NCBI RefSeq assembly: GCF_006345805.1
Contig: NC_043000.1
Span: 153,884,001-153,948,000, forward strand
Direction: 5' to 3'
Length of the DNA stretch: 64,000 bases
DNA from: Octopus sinensis
Lineage: Eukaryota
Made by a program: the position numbers and the translations under genes
Shown: in pieces, positions 13,325 to 26,959 of the stretch
How the letters are laid out: every line of letters begins with the position of its first letter
Position numbering within the stretch: position 1 is the first letter of the stretch
The notes under the pieces: generated by a model
The model's database searches: none
Told to the model about the DNA's origin: nothing
The model's input: the letters and a program-made list of their open reading frames with translations, nothing else

Positions 13325-15779
13325 TTTATTCTTTTATTTGTTTCAGTCATTTGATTGCGGCCATGCTGGAACACCACCTTTAGTCGAGCAAATCGACCCC
13401 AGGACTTATTCGTTGTAAGCCTAGTATTTTATCGGCCTCTTCTGCCGAACAGCTAAGTTACGGGGACGTAAAACACCAGCATCGGTTGTCAAGCGATGGT
13501 AGTGGGGGGACAAACATACACACAAACATACACACACACACACAAACACACATATACATATATACGACGGGCTTCTTTCTGTTTCCGTCTACTAAATCCA
13601 CTCAAAAATGTTTGGTCGGCCCGAGGCTATAGTAGAAGATACTTGCCCAAGGTGCCACGCTGTGAGACTGAAACCGGAACCATGTGGTTGGTAAGCAAGC
13701 TACTTTTATTCATTTCATTTGCCAGTACAGAGATGGGTAGCTTTGCGGGTTGGACAAGACATTGATGAGGCGAATGATAATAATACAAGATGATAAGGAT
13801 AGGAGAAGACAGATAGCGCCCGCTGAACCCCTGCTTCTCTAAAACATTGTTCTTTCAAAACACATATACAGAGGTATTGACTCTCTTACAATTTAAAATA
13901 CAATATATTTGGACTCAAAAATCCCCACAAATACAAAACATAATTTATACACAAATTGGAGGCGGTAAACCTCTACAATCCCTCCCCTAGCAATTTTCTT
14001 GCGGCTTGCAGGCATTCCTGCAACCGCAATCCGGGGCTCCAAACTAGAATTCTATAATTCTCGTTTTCACACGAGTCAATTATAAGATCACAGTACTTTT
14101 TCTAAGCACCAGAGCAGCCACCTGCGAAGGTCACTTTGGGCTGTCAATATAAGTCGGGTCCCTCAGTATCCCACTATCCATATCATTCTCCACGAAAGTG
14201 TCAATAGCCCCTCCCCTGAGATAGAACATATGTTCTTCACCACTTCGCTGGGAGAGCCCTCAACTCCCTCTCTCGGTGGCACACATCCCACTGACGAGGT
14301 TATCTTCTTCCTCCTCCGGTGGCACACATCCCACCGAAGGGGTTTCGGGACATGCTGTCGCCGGCGGTGCCCCGTTTTTCTTTTTTCTTTTCTTTTTCCT
14401 TTTACGACGGGAGGGTGGAGTTCCTCCGACATCTCCGGAGGACCCTCTCTCCTTCTGCCGTCTCAGGATCCATCGGCTGACAACCATTTTTGTCCACCTT
14501 CTTTCTTTTCTTCCCCTTTGTTTCGAGGAGGTTACCTCCTCCTCCACTGGGGAAGCAGAGGACACCTTTTCAATTAACTGTTCCAGGACCCTTACCTAGT
14601 TCCAGTGACAGTTCTTCTTTATATGGCTCGATTCCAGACACAGGTGACACTTGGGGGACGTCCCTCAACCATCACCGGGTGCCTGGAACCGGCCGTTGTT
14701 AAAAAATCTAGTAAAACCAGATCATCGGCTGATTAGGTCCATAGGGTCAAAATTGCTTTTGACCCGACCCAATCAACCACAGGCAACATTTTTACATTTA
14801 AGAGCCTTGCAGGGATGCCACCCAGGCCCCGACGGATAGTGTCTTCTCTCCACTCGGCCTCTATACCGGGCGGAACTCACACATCCAGGATCTTGTCAAC
14901 TTTCTACCGCCATAAGAAACAAAATTTTCTCCCCCTCCAAAGGCATGCTCGCAAAATCACGTGCTTCCGCAGAGATATCAAAAAGTACACACAGAGTTCC
15001 ATACTTTGCACACCTGCGGATAAACCAAACAGTTGGCAGGTAGTCTACCAACTCCTCCTCAATTTCTTCCTCAGAGAAGACCTTGATAGTGTCAAGAACC
15101 CTGGAATAGGTCCTTAACACCACCGTTCTCTCCGTATAATTTTCTAACAATTCTTTGGGGGCCACAATTTGCCACTCCAAAGCAGATTTCACAGTTGCCA
15201 TATTGATAGCCAAAACAAAAATAAAAATCCACAAACAAAAATAAAAATTTTCAAATGAAAGTCTACAAAGAAACTCAAAGATCAGAAAGACAGACGGGAG
15301 AAGAAAGAGCGAAGGAAGATAATCCAAAATGGCAATACAACACAACACAATTCTGCTACTCGGATAATCCATACTGTTAGTTCTTCGCAGCACAAATAGT
15401 ATTCCGTCCAACTCTGACTGTACTTCTGTCCTTCATGGTAAAAATCCACTTGAAAAGGCACAAACACAGTCATAGAAATTTCCCAAAACTTTTCGGAGTG
15501 ACACGCCTCCCAAAATAAACGCAATTCTCACTACGCAGTGAGTCTTCTTACACAACAACTGGAAAACAAATGCTTGGAACCCAGTGGGGACACCTGTTAG
15601 AAAAATTTCTTAAATACAAACAGCAGACCCCACTAAGCTCCCCAAAAAACATGCTTTACCTGTGGTCGTGCTTCAAATGTTCAAGTTTTCACGTACGCCG
15701 TGACTTCAACCGTGATGAAAAACTACGCGACAACTTGGTAGCAGTAAGCAAGCTACTTACCACCCAGCCACTCCTGCGT
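13325..15779 (-). mobile_element. S1 SINE split into 13325-13705 and 15744-15779 by an inserted element
   Basis: The S1 body runs to GTAAGCAAGCTACTT at 13691-13705. The head resumes at 15744 with the same 15-mer followed by ACCACCCAGCCACTCCT. Confidence 0.9.
13706..15743 (-). mobile_element. ORF1-only (non-autonomous) Tx1/L1-like retroelement with a 15-bp TSD
   Basis: ~540-bp 5' UTR, a decayed ORF1 from ATG at 15201 with the gag-type knuckle CHLCLESSHIKKNC (14608-14649), a short 3' UTR with an A-rich end, and no EN or RT remnant. Confidence 0.75.
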
Positions 15780-15924
15780 CCATAGAAATATGAAGAAATA
15801 TATAAACATACATACACATAGAAATACATTAATCCATGCACACACATGCACATATACACATACACACATAGACACAAACACACATCCCGACACACACACA
15901 CACACAAGCACACATATCTGTCTT

Positions 15925-16115
15925 TTATCTTTAATCTTTGATCTGTTTCAGTCGTGAGACTACGGCCATGCTGGGGCACCACCTTGAGGAACGTTTTGCT
16001 GAATAAATCAACCCCAGTAGTTACATTTTTAAACGTTAAACTTATACTATCGATCTCTTTTGCCGAACCGCAAAGTTACATGGATGTAAATACGCCAACA
16101 CAAGCGGTGGTGAGG
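15925..16115 (-). mobile_element. Old S1-related SINE fragment
   Basis: GTTTCAGTC..GGCCATGCTGG and GATCTCTTTTGCCGAACCGC motifs shared with S1. Confidence 0.7.
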
Positions 16116-16447
16116 CACAAACATCGGCACAAATACACGCACACATGCATGTGTACTCACACACATATGCATGTGTATACACACACACACACACACATAC
16201 ATACATATATATATATATAATATATATGTATATATATATATATAGAGAGAGAGAGAGGGAGAGCAGGCAGTTATGCGGATAAACGAATTAGATTTACTAA
16301 ATGCAGTAGTTTGGGTATGAAATGCGAAATATGTATATACGCATACATGCAAAACGAGAGAAAGCAAAAAGTGGAGACTTTCAGATGGCGAATTTTTAAG
16401 TATAAATATATAGATATTCATATTAATCGGTCTAACTTACACAGAGT

Positions 16448-16829
16448 GGAGGCGCAATGGCCCAGTGGTTAGGGCAGCGAACTAGCGGTCATACGATCGC
16501 GGTTTCGATTCCCAGACCGGGCGTTGTGAGTGTTTATTGAGCGAAAACACCTAAAGCTCCACGAGGCTCCGGCAGGGGATGGTGGTGATCCCTGCTGTAC
16601 TCTTTCACCACAACTTTCTCTCACTCTTACTTCCTGTTTCTGTTGTACCTGTATTTCAATGGGCCGGCCTTGTCACTCTCTGTGTCACGCTGAATATCCC
16701 CGAGAACTGCGTTAAGGGTACACGTGTCTGTGGAGTGCTCAGCCACTTACACGTTAATTTCACGAGCAGGCTGTTCCGTTGATCGGGTCAACCGGAACCC
16801 TCGTCGTCGTAACCGACGGAGTGCTTCCA
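16448..16829 (+). mobile_element. tRNA-headed SINE family S4
   Basis: TGGCCCAGTGG A-box and GTTTCGATTCC B-box. Near-identical to 27236-27618. Confidence 0.88.
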
Positions 16830-17872
16830 TTACACAGAATACAAACGACAGAAAACATTTAAGGAGTGGAAGAATTGTGTTATAAGTCCAACAGGTATTT
16901 CTGACGTCTCAGAGATCCATAATAATGTTGGTAGATGTCGTTCATCACAATATGCGGCCGTATGGATGCAATTAACATTGGATAAGACGAGTCTCCGTCA
17001 TCAGGGTAGAGAAGCTCTTACATTTGGGTGGTATTTGAATGGTAGTCAGTTGTGTGAGGTTTGTTAAGGTTTAGGAAAAATAGCTACAGAATTATTGGAA
17101 GTTGTGATGGTGAGAAAAGAATGGCAATTATATGAGGAAAGTAAAGTGTCTAGATGAGTGACACATAGAAAAGTATGAGAGAAGATAGAGAGAGTGGACA
17201 GAGTGGGAGAGTCGGGTGTGAAGATAGCAGTTGTTATTAGAATAATCAATGTGGGTTGGTATTGGAGCGGGAGTACTGAGGTATGTAGAGGTGCATAAAA
17301 TTGAATAGAAGGAGAGGAATAGAAAGGGAGTGAGAGGTTGTTAGGTTAGCATCCAATCGAGTGGGGTAGTACTAAGTGCTTTTTGTCGACGAGGAGAAAT
17401 GAGAGAAGGAAAAGATTACCACTGGTGAAGATGGAGAGGCTATGAGGGAGATGGGATGTGGTGGGTTATAGGAATTTGCAAAGGTAACAATAAGAAGTAA
17501 TAGTTTAATAAGAAGGGTGGTATTAGTTGAGGTGTTAGGCTGCTAGGCTGACCTTATCGAACCAGCTAGCATTAACAATACAATACCCATCGAAAGTGTC
17601 ATGCACCCACAAACGTTTACGAAACATGATTAGAGAGAAAGAAAGAGTGAACAATTGGAAAATGAAATCATTGCATGGGCAATACCTCAGAGAAATCGAA
17701 GGAAGAGACAAGATCAACATTTGGAGATGGCTATGAAAAAGTGATCTGAAAAAATGCACTGAGACATAGATATGCAGTGCTCAGGAACAAGCCCTGATAA
17801 CTAATTACACCAAGTTTCAAATAGATACGAGCAGCGACTCGCCCCTTTGTAGGATGTGCGGCAGCAAATACC

Positions 17873-18106
17873 TATTTCTTTACTACCCACAAGGGGCTAA
17901 ACACAGAGGAGACAAACAAGGACAGACAAAGGGATTAAGTCGATTAAATCGACCCCAGTGCGAAACTGGTACTTTATTTATCGATCCCGAAAGGGTGAAA
18001 GGCAAAGTCGACCTCGGCGGAATATGAACTCAGAACGTAGCGGCAGACAAAATACCGGTAAGTATTTTGCCCGAGGTGCTAACGATTCTGCCAGCTCACC
18101 GCCTTT
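17873..18106 (-). mobile_element. S2 SINE monomer with a 16-bp TSD
   Basis: TGCGGCAGCAAATACC at 17857-17872 and 18107-18122, which reads GGTATTTGCTGCCGCA on the element strand. Confidence 0.9.
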
Positions 18107-18448
18107 TGCGGCAGCAAATACCAAACTATCTCACATATTGTGTGTGTGTAGCAAGCTGGCCCAAAAGCACTGTAAAAGGGGGCATGATAATGTGACTAAG
18201 TTCGTCCAGTGGAGGCTATGTGAAAAGTTCTGCCTGGACAAAGCACAGAAATGATACGAACATGAATCAGGAATCAGCGAGAACAAGGAATCCTGTGGGA
18301 TTTCACAATCCAATGTGACTCCTTAATTGATGCTCGGAGACAAGACATTGTTGTGGTAGGTAAAAGAAAATGAAGCCAAGATCACTGCTATTGCCATACC
18401 TGGGGATGCACGCGTAGGTGACCAAAAATTAGAAAAGATTGTAAAGGC

Positions 18449-18856
18449 GTAGGAGTGGCTGTGTGGTAAGTAGCTTGCCAACCAACCACATGGTTCCGGG
18501 TTCAGTCCCACTGCGTGGCATCTTGGGCAAGTGTCTTCTGCTATAGCCCCGGGCCGACCAATGCCTTGTGAGTGGATTTGGTAGACGGAAACTGAGTGAA
18601 GCCTGTCGTATATATGTATATATATATGTATATATGTGTGTTTGTGTGTTTGTGTGTTTGTCCCCCTAGCATTGCTTGACAACCGATGCTGGTGTGTTTA
18701 CATCCCCGTCACTTAGCGGTTCGGCAAAATAGACCGATAGAATAAGTACTGGGCTTACAAAGAATAAGTCCCGGGGTCGATTTGCTCGACTAAAGGCGGT
18801 GCTCCAGCATGGCCGCAGTCAAATGACTGAAACAAGTAAAAAAGTAAAAAGAGAGA
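18449..18856 (+). mobile_element. S1 SINE, full length
   Basis: AGGAGTGGCTGTGTGG head, GGTTCAGTCCC B-box-like motif, internal TA/TG microsatellite, AGTAAAAAG-type tail. Confidence 0.9.
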
Positions 18857-19233
18857 GTATAAGCTACTAAAAGACGGAATTACAAGAATGTGGACTATGA
18901 AGAGACTATTTGTCCTTCAAGTAGTTGCAGAGGCGCTCGTGCACTAACAACGAAGTTCGAGAAATATGTCAGAGAAATCAGAATTGACATGAGAGCAGAG
19001 CAAGCCAAAACACTGTTCTACCGAGGACAGCTAGGATTTTGAAATTGGTACTTGGATGTTGAATGTCTCCCACGATGATTAACAACTAAGTATCAAAGCC
19101 TATAAAGTGCCGGAAGTGACCCTGTAGGTCCTCTAACAGCAACCTGCTGTATTCTCTCACAGTATCTAGCAAACAAGACCGAGCGCTCTAAGTAGTAAAA
19201 CAACAGCAATAATAATAATAATAAAATAATAAC

Positions 19234-19271
<38 letters not shown>

Positions 19272-19280
19272 TAATAACAA

Positions 19281-19311
<31 letters not shown>

Positions 19312-19326
19312 AAGAAGAAGAAGAAG

Positions 19327-19359
<33 letters not shown>

Positions 19360-19379
19360 AATGATAATAAAATCACGAG

Positions 19380-20460
19380 AGACGAAAGAAGCTTCATTCT
19401 ATCATAAAAGAAAGCAAAAAATGTGCTATTGATCTCGTGCAGGATACCCAAACTGAACAACCCGAGGGAAGTACGGCAACTATTGTTGCAAAGAAGGTGA
19501 AAATAATGGCAACGAAAAAATCGCACGAGCAATTGGCTGATAGGTGGGAGGAGAAACCTCTGCACGGCAAATATGTGGCCCGTAGCAAACAAGCTGATGT
19601 TGACCAGAAGCAAACCCATCAGTGGCTACGGAGCTCAGGGCTAAAAGCAGAGAGCGAAGGTTTCATCCTGGCTGCTCAAGATCAAAGCCTATTAACCCGG
19701 AACAACCAGGCCAATGTGATGAAAAATGGAGCAGACCCAAAATGCCGATTCTGCAACGACATGATTGAAACAGTGGAACACCTAATCTCTGGATGTAAAG
19801 TCTTAGCACCAGTGGAGTATAAATTAAGACATGACAGAGTTGGCCAATATCTACACTGGCTAATAAGTCGGCATTACAATATCAAAACTGCCGACAAGTG
19901 GTATAATCACCACCCTGAGGTTGTAACTGAAGGAGAAAATGTAACGATTCTGTGGGACTTTCCAGTACATACAGACCGAACCATCAAAGCCAATAAACCG
20001 GATATTCTTGTGAAAGACCAAAACAATAAAGTTTGCATATTGATCGACATGAGCATCCCCTGTGATCATAATATCTCGGCGAAAGAGTTTGACAAGCTCA
20101 GAAAATATAAAGACCTGCTCATTGAAATTGAGAAAATGTGGCATCTCAAGGCGGTTACAATACCAGTGATCGTAGGAGCACTAGGAATGATCAAGAAGGG
20201 AACCGAAAATTATATGAGAATGATCCCTGGCTTACCATCCCTGCAAGAAGTGCAAAAGATTGTCTTAATTGGTACATTACACGTATTGGGAAGAGCATTG
20301 TCGATGTGAGAACTATTACTACCCATGTATTTTAATTTAACTTTAAGAAAAAAAAATGAACGAACTAGTGAGTTTAGTTTAATGGCCCACCAATGTATAC
20401 TATGAGTTTCTTTGCCCTAGGAGTCGGGAAGACACTCGGCAAGAAATGGAAGCAAATTTG
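19380..20460 (+). mobile_element. 5'-truncated Dong-like LINE with an open zinc-finger/RLE ORF (19437-20309)
   Basis: WEEKPLHGKY, CRFCNDMIETVEHLISGC, RHDRVG, NKPDILV, LIDMSIP, KYKDL. Flanked on both sides by AAT/AAG/AAC microsatellites. Confidence 0.9.
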
Positions 20461-20478
20461 AAAGAAGAAGAAAAAAAG

Positions 20479-20515
<37 letters not shown>

Positions 20516-20537
20516 CAACAACAACAACAACAACAAC

Positions 20538-20578
<41 letters not shown>

Positions 20579-20699
20579 TAATACTACTACTAATAATAAT
20601 AATAATAACAATAATAACGATAATAATGATATCCCTCCTGTGATTCCCCTTTGACCAACAAATAGTCAAGAAGGAAGGCGAAAAAATAGATACAACCCC

Positions 20700-21870
20700 C
20701 CCTTATGTACAAAATATCCCGGCTATGGAAAATGAAGAAGGTGAAGATAGTGCCAATTATTGTTGGGTCCTTGGGAAAATATCAGAAGGCATCAAGAGGA
20801 AATTAGAATAGAGTGTCCAGTAAAACTGTTACAAAAAGTTTGCCTCCTTGGCAGAATAATCAGGAAAATGTTATATAAATGAAAAGGACGAATGGCATGG
20901 TACCGTAGGCTGCAGGTAGTAAACCCACAATGCATGCAAGTCTCCGGGAGCTCCAACGAAACCTGTGATAAAGAGAAAATAATAATACTGTGCTTTAATA
21001 AGGGTTCAAAAAAAGGTCAAGGGCGGTGCATGACGATACAATGTGTGGTTGCACAAAACAGTAAAATTACAGAAATAAAGAAACAAAAATTCATACGAAA
21101 AATAATTGCTCAAAAGGAGAAAACCTTCAAGGGAGACCTTACAAAAGCACAGTCAACAGTCAACTTTACCACTGGGTCAAGTGATTTCCTCTTTCTTCGA
21201 TCTACATGTGCATACTCAGATCAAGCCCGTTCACTCGGACCATCTTTGTCACACCCATCCGCCTTTGAACAAATGTTGAAAAAAGAAGAAAAACTTTGAA
21301 TGAAAGAAACTTCTTTCAATATTTTTTCATGAGGACAAAAGAGTTGATGAATGTCAACAACAGCATGTTCTGGTTAAAGAAAAATGTACTGAAAAAAAAA
21401 GACCGAAGGAAAGGTTTTAACAGCACAGGAACAGGCTCAAAGTTGTCAAGGGATTGATAGATCAGCAGGATTTCGCCTAATTGATTAATGAGCGTTTATT
21501 CAACTGAGACTACATCTCACGTGACATCGAGATTTCCACAGTTAAGAATGAATGCAAAAAGTTTACACATTGTAGCATTACTACCATAAATCGCAGGAAT
21601 TTTTGCAAGAGGTTCAGTTATACGCACATAGAAATAAGATATGACCCATTCTGTAAGAATAGAAACGAAAGTTTTCGAAACGATGAAGTGGGGTGAGACT
21701 TTTATTTAAACCAAAAGGAGGACAGAGCACCACATGCCGGATATGGTAGGCGTTGGAAAACGGAAAACAACTGTTTTGTAATCGAAGTAGCATGTCCATT
21801 TGATACGAGACTCAAGAAAAAGGAAAATAAGAAATTAGAATATTATATAAACTTGAACAAAGAAGTTTTT
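20700..21870 (+). pseudogene. Two highly decayed RLE-LINE C-terminal remnants (~20700-20880 and ~21430-21870)
   Basis: ISRLWKMKKVKIVPIIVGSLG and PDMV....FVIEVACPFDTRLKKKE. Confidence 0.6.
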
Positions 21871-22149
21871 TTTAAATCCTGATCCTGCCAATCATCAATG
21901 GTGCATTGGGAACTGTAACGAAGAATTTGAGAGTAAACCTTTGAAACTTGAACCATAATCTTGGAATATATGCACTACTTGGTGTAGCATAACAAGAATT
22001 CTCCTTATCAAGAAGATTACTTGGTGTAGTATAGCAAGAATTCTCCAGAAACTCCTCAATGTAAAGAAAGAACAGATATATACAGCAGAAAATATACATA
22101 ACGAGCAAAACGTCCCCCATTCAATGGACGGTGCTGAGTTGTTAAACAT

Positions 22150-22653
22150 TTAAACCAAATTTTCTCAAAACAACTTGTCCGACCGTCCCATAGGTCTCCC
22201 CTTTGATAAACACTGATTTAACCTTGGTTTTGTTAAACGAAGTTAAGGCAAAAAAAAAACTTCTTTAGAAACCAAATGGTCTTTCCTTCCTTCATGCCAA
22301 GTTTGAAGAAAACACCTCTTTTGTATCTTACTTTTTGGTCTCTTAAATATACTGCATTTTGTAACATTATTTCAAGTCAGTCGGCTTTTTTGCGCAAACT
22401 GCACGTGCATTTTTCTCGCGTACGCGTAGTATCGATAGCAACAGCTGATGTACTTGCGCGTACAAATGCACGTTCCCACGGCTTTATCGATCGCATTCTC
22501 ACCTGGAATCGATTTTTGTAATTTTTTCAAGACTTATACACGCCCTGATACCGTCGGTATCTACATATCAAATTTGAGCACAATCGGATGGAGGATGCCC
22601 GAGATCCTAGAAGACACACACACAGACAGACAGAATGGATTATATATAATAGA
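22150..22653 (-). mobile_element. Helitron-like non-autonomous 5' fragment (different family from those below)
   Basis: End ..GACAGACAGAATGGATTATATATAATAGA|T mirrors the A|TC start of the other Helitrons. No 3' CTAG found; the left boundary is approximate. Confidence 0.4.
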
Positions 22654-23544
22654 TTATGGGAAAAACACTCAGGACTACTAGTTGTGGTTCCATATGGGGG
22701 AAGAAAAATTAAGCTGGTTTCACTGTCAACACCATGTCACAACGTAAAACTTTATTATCTATCATTAGTAGAATTTCACAAATTTAGGATATGGGTGAAT
22801 TAGAATAAAGTATTCTAAAATTACTGAGGCACGCAAGTGTATGAAAGCTATGATACTTCGTTGGGATTTAGATTCATAATGTCAGCGAACTTAACTTTAT
22901 ATCGCACAGGGTTTAGTCAGACGATATATCGATTCTGCCAATCTACCATCCTTTCATTAATAATAAACATACTTCCGTGATCTTAGGATCAGATCTGGGT
23001 AGTAAAGAGGGCAGAACATGAAGAAAATAGTAACAGCGAAAAATAGGAAAAGACAAAGATAGCAGTGAGAAAGGAGAAAGCTTGCAACAATCCGTGTGGT
23101 AAAGCTGCAATGAGAACGCCCGCGTCAACATTCAGTGAAAGAAAGCACCTGCCATGTTAAAGATAAGCCATTTTGATAACCATTAATTTGTTTTTGATAC
23201 AGTAAATGTATAACACTCACATACACACTTACAGACATACACACACACACATATATAGTTTTAAAATCATCCATACACACACACACACACACACTCAAGC
23301 ACACATACATATATAAATATATTTGAATATTGAGATGTAAATCATACTTGGGTATTTGTGTGTACATATATGTTTATGCACATACATACATACATACATA
23401 AATACATATATACACGCATACATACATACAAACATAAATACATACATATGTTTGATTAATGTATGTGGGTATGCATGTCTGTGTATGATATATAGATGCA
23501 AACACACACTATCGTACTCACACACAAACAGACAAACAGATATT

Positions 23545-23596
<52 letters not shown>

Positions 23597-23861
23597 CAAA
23601 ACATAAATACGTTCAGATATAGAATTTGTAATTAAATTTCCGACTGAATTACATGTATGTTTACGTCTATATACATAGATAGATACATACATAAATACAT
23701 ACATACATACATATACATATACATACCCAGATACACATGCGCGCACATTCAATTATGTTTATTATGTGTGTGTATGTATTTGTATACATGCGTGTGTGTT
23801 TATATGTATATAAATATATATGTCTGTGTTCTTGCGTGTGTATGTCTCTATATATATATAT

Positions 23862-23932
<71 letters not shown>

Positions 23933-23968
23933 GATATACATATACATTCATATATATATATATATATA

Positions 23969-24353
23969 CTAGCAGTAACGCCCGGCGTTGCTCGGGTTTG
24001 TAAGGGAAATAACTATATAAGCATTTTTAGAGAGTTATAGCAAAAAATGCATTAAAAATGGAATAAAAAATGATGGTAATTTCTTTTTTAAATCGTTGAC
24101 TCATCGTAGACATTTTTAGAGAGTTACTTCCCTTATATAATAGCGAAAAAATGCATTAAAATGGAAAAAATGATGGTAAATTTTTTTTAAATCGTAGACT
24201 CATCGTAGACGCGCGCTAATACCCAGAAGGGCTCGATATGAATCACGACTATAAGATACCCGCTTTTGGTTAAACTGCACCGCAAAATGTGGGAGTAGTT
24301 AGGAATCTAAATCGTAGGAGACAGACACACAACTTCATTTTTATATATAAAGA
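23969..24353 (-). mobile_element. Non-autonomous Helitron, copy A
   Basis: 5' TC, 3' hairpin CCCGAGCAACGCCGGG then CTAG, inserted at A|T with no TSD. Confidence 0.8.
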
Positions 24354-24886
24354 TTTGTGCAACAACTAAAACATTCGGTTGTGCAAATTGTTTGCACAGG
24401 AAACCTGCCCTCTGTGGCGGTTTTTGCCGTTTTTGTGGATCTGTTTCAGCTTTTTTAGCGATTTCTGTTTTGGCGACTTCAAGCCATGAAGTCGTTGTTC
24501 TAAAAGAACGCTGGTCTCCTTGACAACGCTTCACGACGTTGATTTCCTTACACTCCCTTTCCCACAGCTTCACGAGGGAGGGAAGAAGGGGGAGAAGCAA
24601 CACAGGTGCAGGTGTGAGCATGGACGCCAACTCCGCCGCCATCGACACACGAAAAAATTGGAAGAACCCCAAAAAATATGCTTTAAAATGGAAAAAAATT
24701 ATGGTAAATTATTTTTAAAATCGTAGTCTCATTGTAGACGCGCGCTAATACCCAGAAGCGTTCGATATGAATCACGACTATAAGATACCTGGTTTTGGTT
24801 AACCTGCACCGCAAAATGTGGGAGTAGTTAGGAATCTAAATCGTAGGAGACAGACACTCACACAACTTCACTTTTATATATATAGA
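24354..24886 (-). mobile_element. Helitron 5' portion, copy B (longer variant, no 3' end of its own)
   Basis: 24680-24886 repeats the 5' half of copy A. It starts with TC on the minus strand at 24886-24885. Confidence 0.65.
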
Positions 24887-24888
24887 TA

Positions 24889-25285
24889 TCTTTATATATA
24901 AAAGTGAGGTTGTGTGATGTCTGTCTCCTACGATATAGATTCCTAACTACTCCCACATTTTGCGGTGCAGGTTAACCAAAACCGGGTATCTTATAGTCGT
25001 GATTCATATCGAACCCTTCTGGGTATTAGCGCGTGCCTACGATGAGTCTACGATTAAAAAAAAAATGTACCATCAATTTTTCCCATTTTTAATGCATTTT
25101 TGGCATATATAAGGGAAGTAACTCTCTAAAAATTTATTATTAAATCTCAGAACGTAAAAAGCTACAGTAACACTCCCCTCCTTTGTGGTTAGCCATATTG
25201 AGATGGCTATTATACTTTACATCTCTAAAAATGCTTATATAGTTATTTCCCTTACAAACCCGAGCAACGCCGGGCGATACTGCTA

Positions 25286-25286
<1 letters not shown>
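24889..25286 (+). mobile_element. Non-autonomous Helitron, copy C
   Basis: A|TC at 24889, hairpin at 25259-25274, CTAG|T at 25283-25286. Confidence 0.8.
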
Positions 25287-25366
<80 letters not shown>

Positions 25367-25819
25367 CATATACATACATACATACATGCATATATATATA
25401 TATATAATTGCCTAACAGGGTTGGTACAATTCGGTACATGGTTGGTTAGAGCACAAATGTCTAAGATGGAGAGCATCACTACCCAACCGACATTTTTTCT
25501 CACGCTAGCTGAGGAAATGTTTTATTATAAGTTATTGGATTTAGTTTGAAAATGTAGTAAAATGTTTGTATTAGTATGGAGGCAGTATATAGGGTATTAC
25601 TATTAAAAGGTTTAATCGGTTTTATGCTTTTTTTTCATGACCAAATATATATAATTTCGGGATTATTTCTTAGTGCCAATAAAGACGGACATAGTAATAC
25701 TCAAAACCCTAGGCCGCCTTATATATTAACAAAAACACATACTACTAGACATTAGTAAGAATTTAATATTTAGCACACGAACTGTAAGTATTATTGTGAA
25801 AGTTGTATTTTGTTATGTA

Positions 25820-26379
<560 letters not shown>

Positions 26380-26959
26380 TAATGTTTATATCTTCTTAAC
26401 TGGAATGCAATGACCGGTTGTCTCACATTGACGATTTACAATAGACTTGACTCGCGTGATATGGGAGTTCCGGCGCCTATGACAGACGATTCGCATCTGC
26501 TACGATCTATGTGTGTTCTTTTATGCTCCAAGTGCTCAAGGCTAATAGCGCAGTATTCGGTGTTCTAATAAGAGATCCATGTTTAGTTGAATATAAAGAT
26601 TATCCTTCCGTATTAATATTGCTTCCGACGCTAATAATTAATTGTTAATAAACCTATTTGCGACATCAGTGTCTGAAAATATGCAGATATTCTATATATC
26701 GTAGCAGTGAAGTTCGACCGGAATGCGGTGACCGAACGACTCCTGCTGATGATTTCCAGTAGAATGAAATTCTTATGATGTGGGATTTCCGGCACTTAAG
26801 TCACACGACTCCCGTCTGCCTGCTACATTCTCTGTGTGCTTTTATGTACTAAGAACCTGTATGAGAGGATCTCTCAAGACTAGTAATGCAGTATTCGGTA
26901 TTCTAAAAAGGAATCCATGTGCGTGTGTGAGCACATTCAACAAGTGAAGATATGGTTGA

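Larger units (their letters stand above)
17560..19200 (+). mobile_element. Degraded Dong-like LINE 3' portion carrying two nested SINEs
   Basis: WKMKSLHGQYLRE, SAQEQALITN, LCRMCG, then after the SINE SHI..CSKLAQK..HDNV and ITRMWTMK. Ends in (AAT)n at ~19205. Confidence 0.8.

Noticed and set aside
14896-15411. 171-aa ORF with a hydrophobic N-terminus as a membrane protein
   Set aside because: The first 70 codons are T-rich 5' UTR. The real ORF1 begins at ATG 15201 and is frameshifted downstream.
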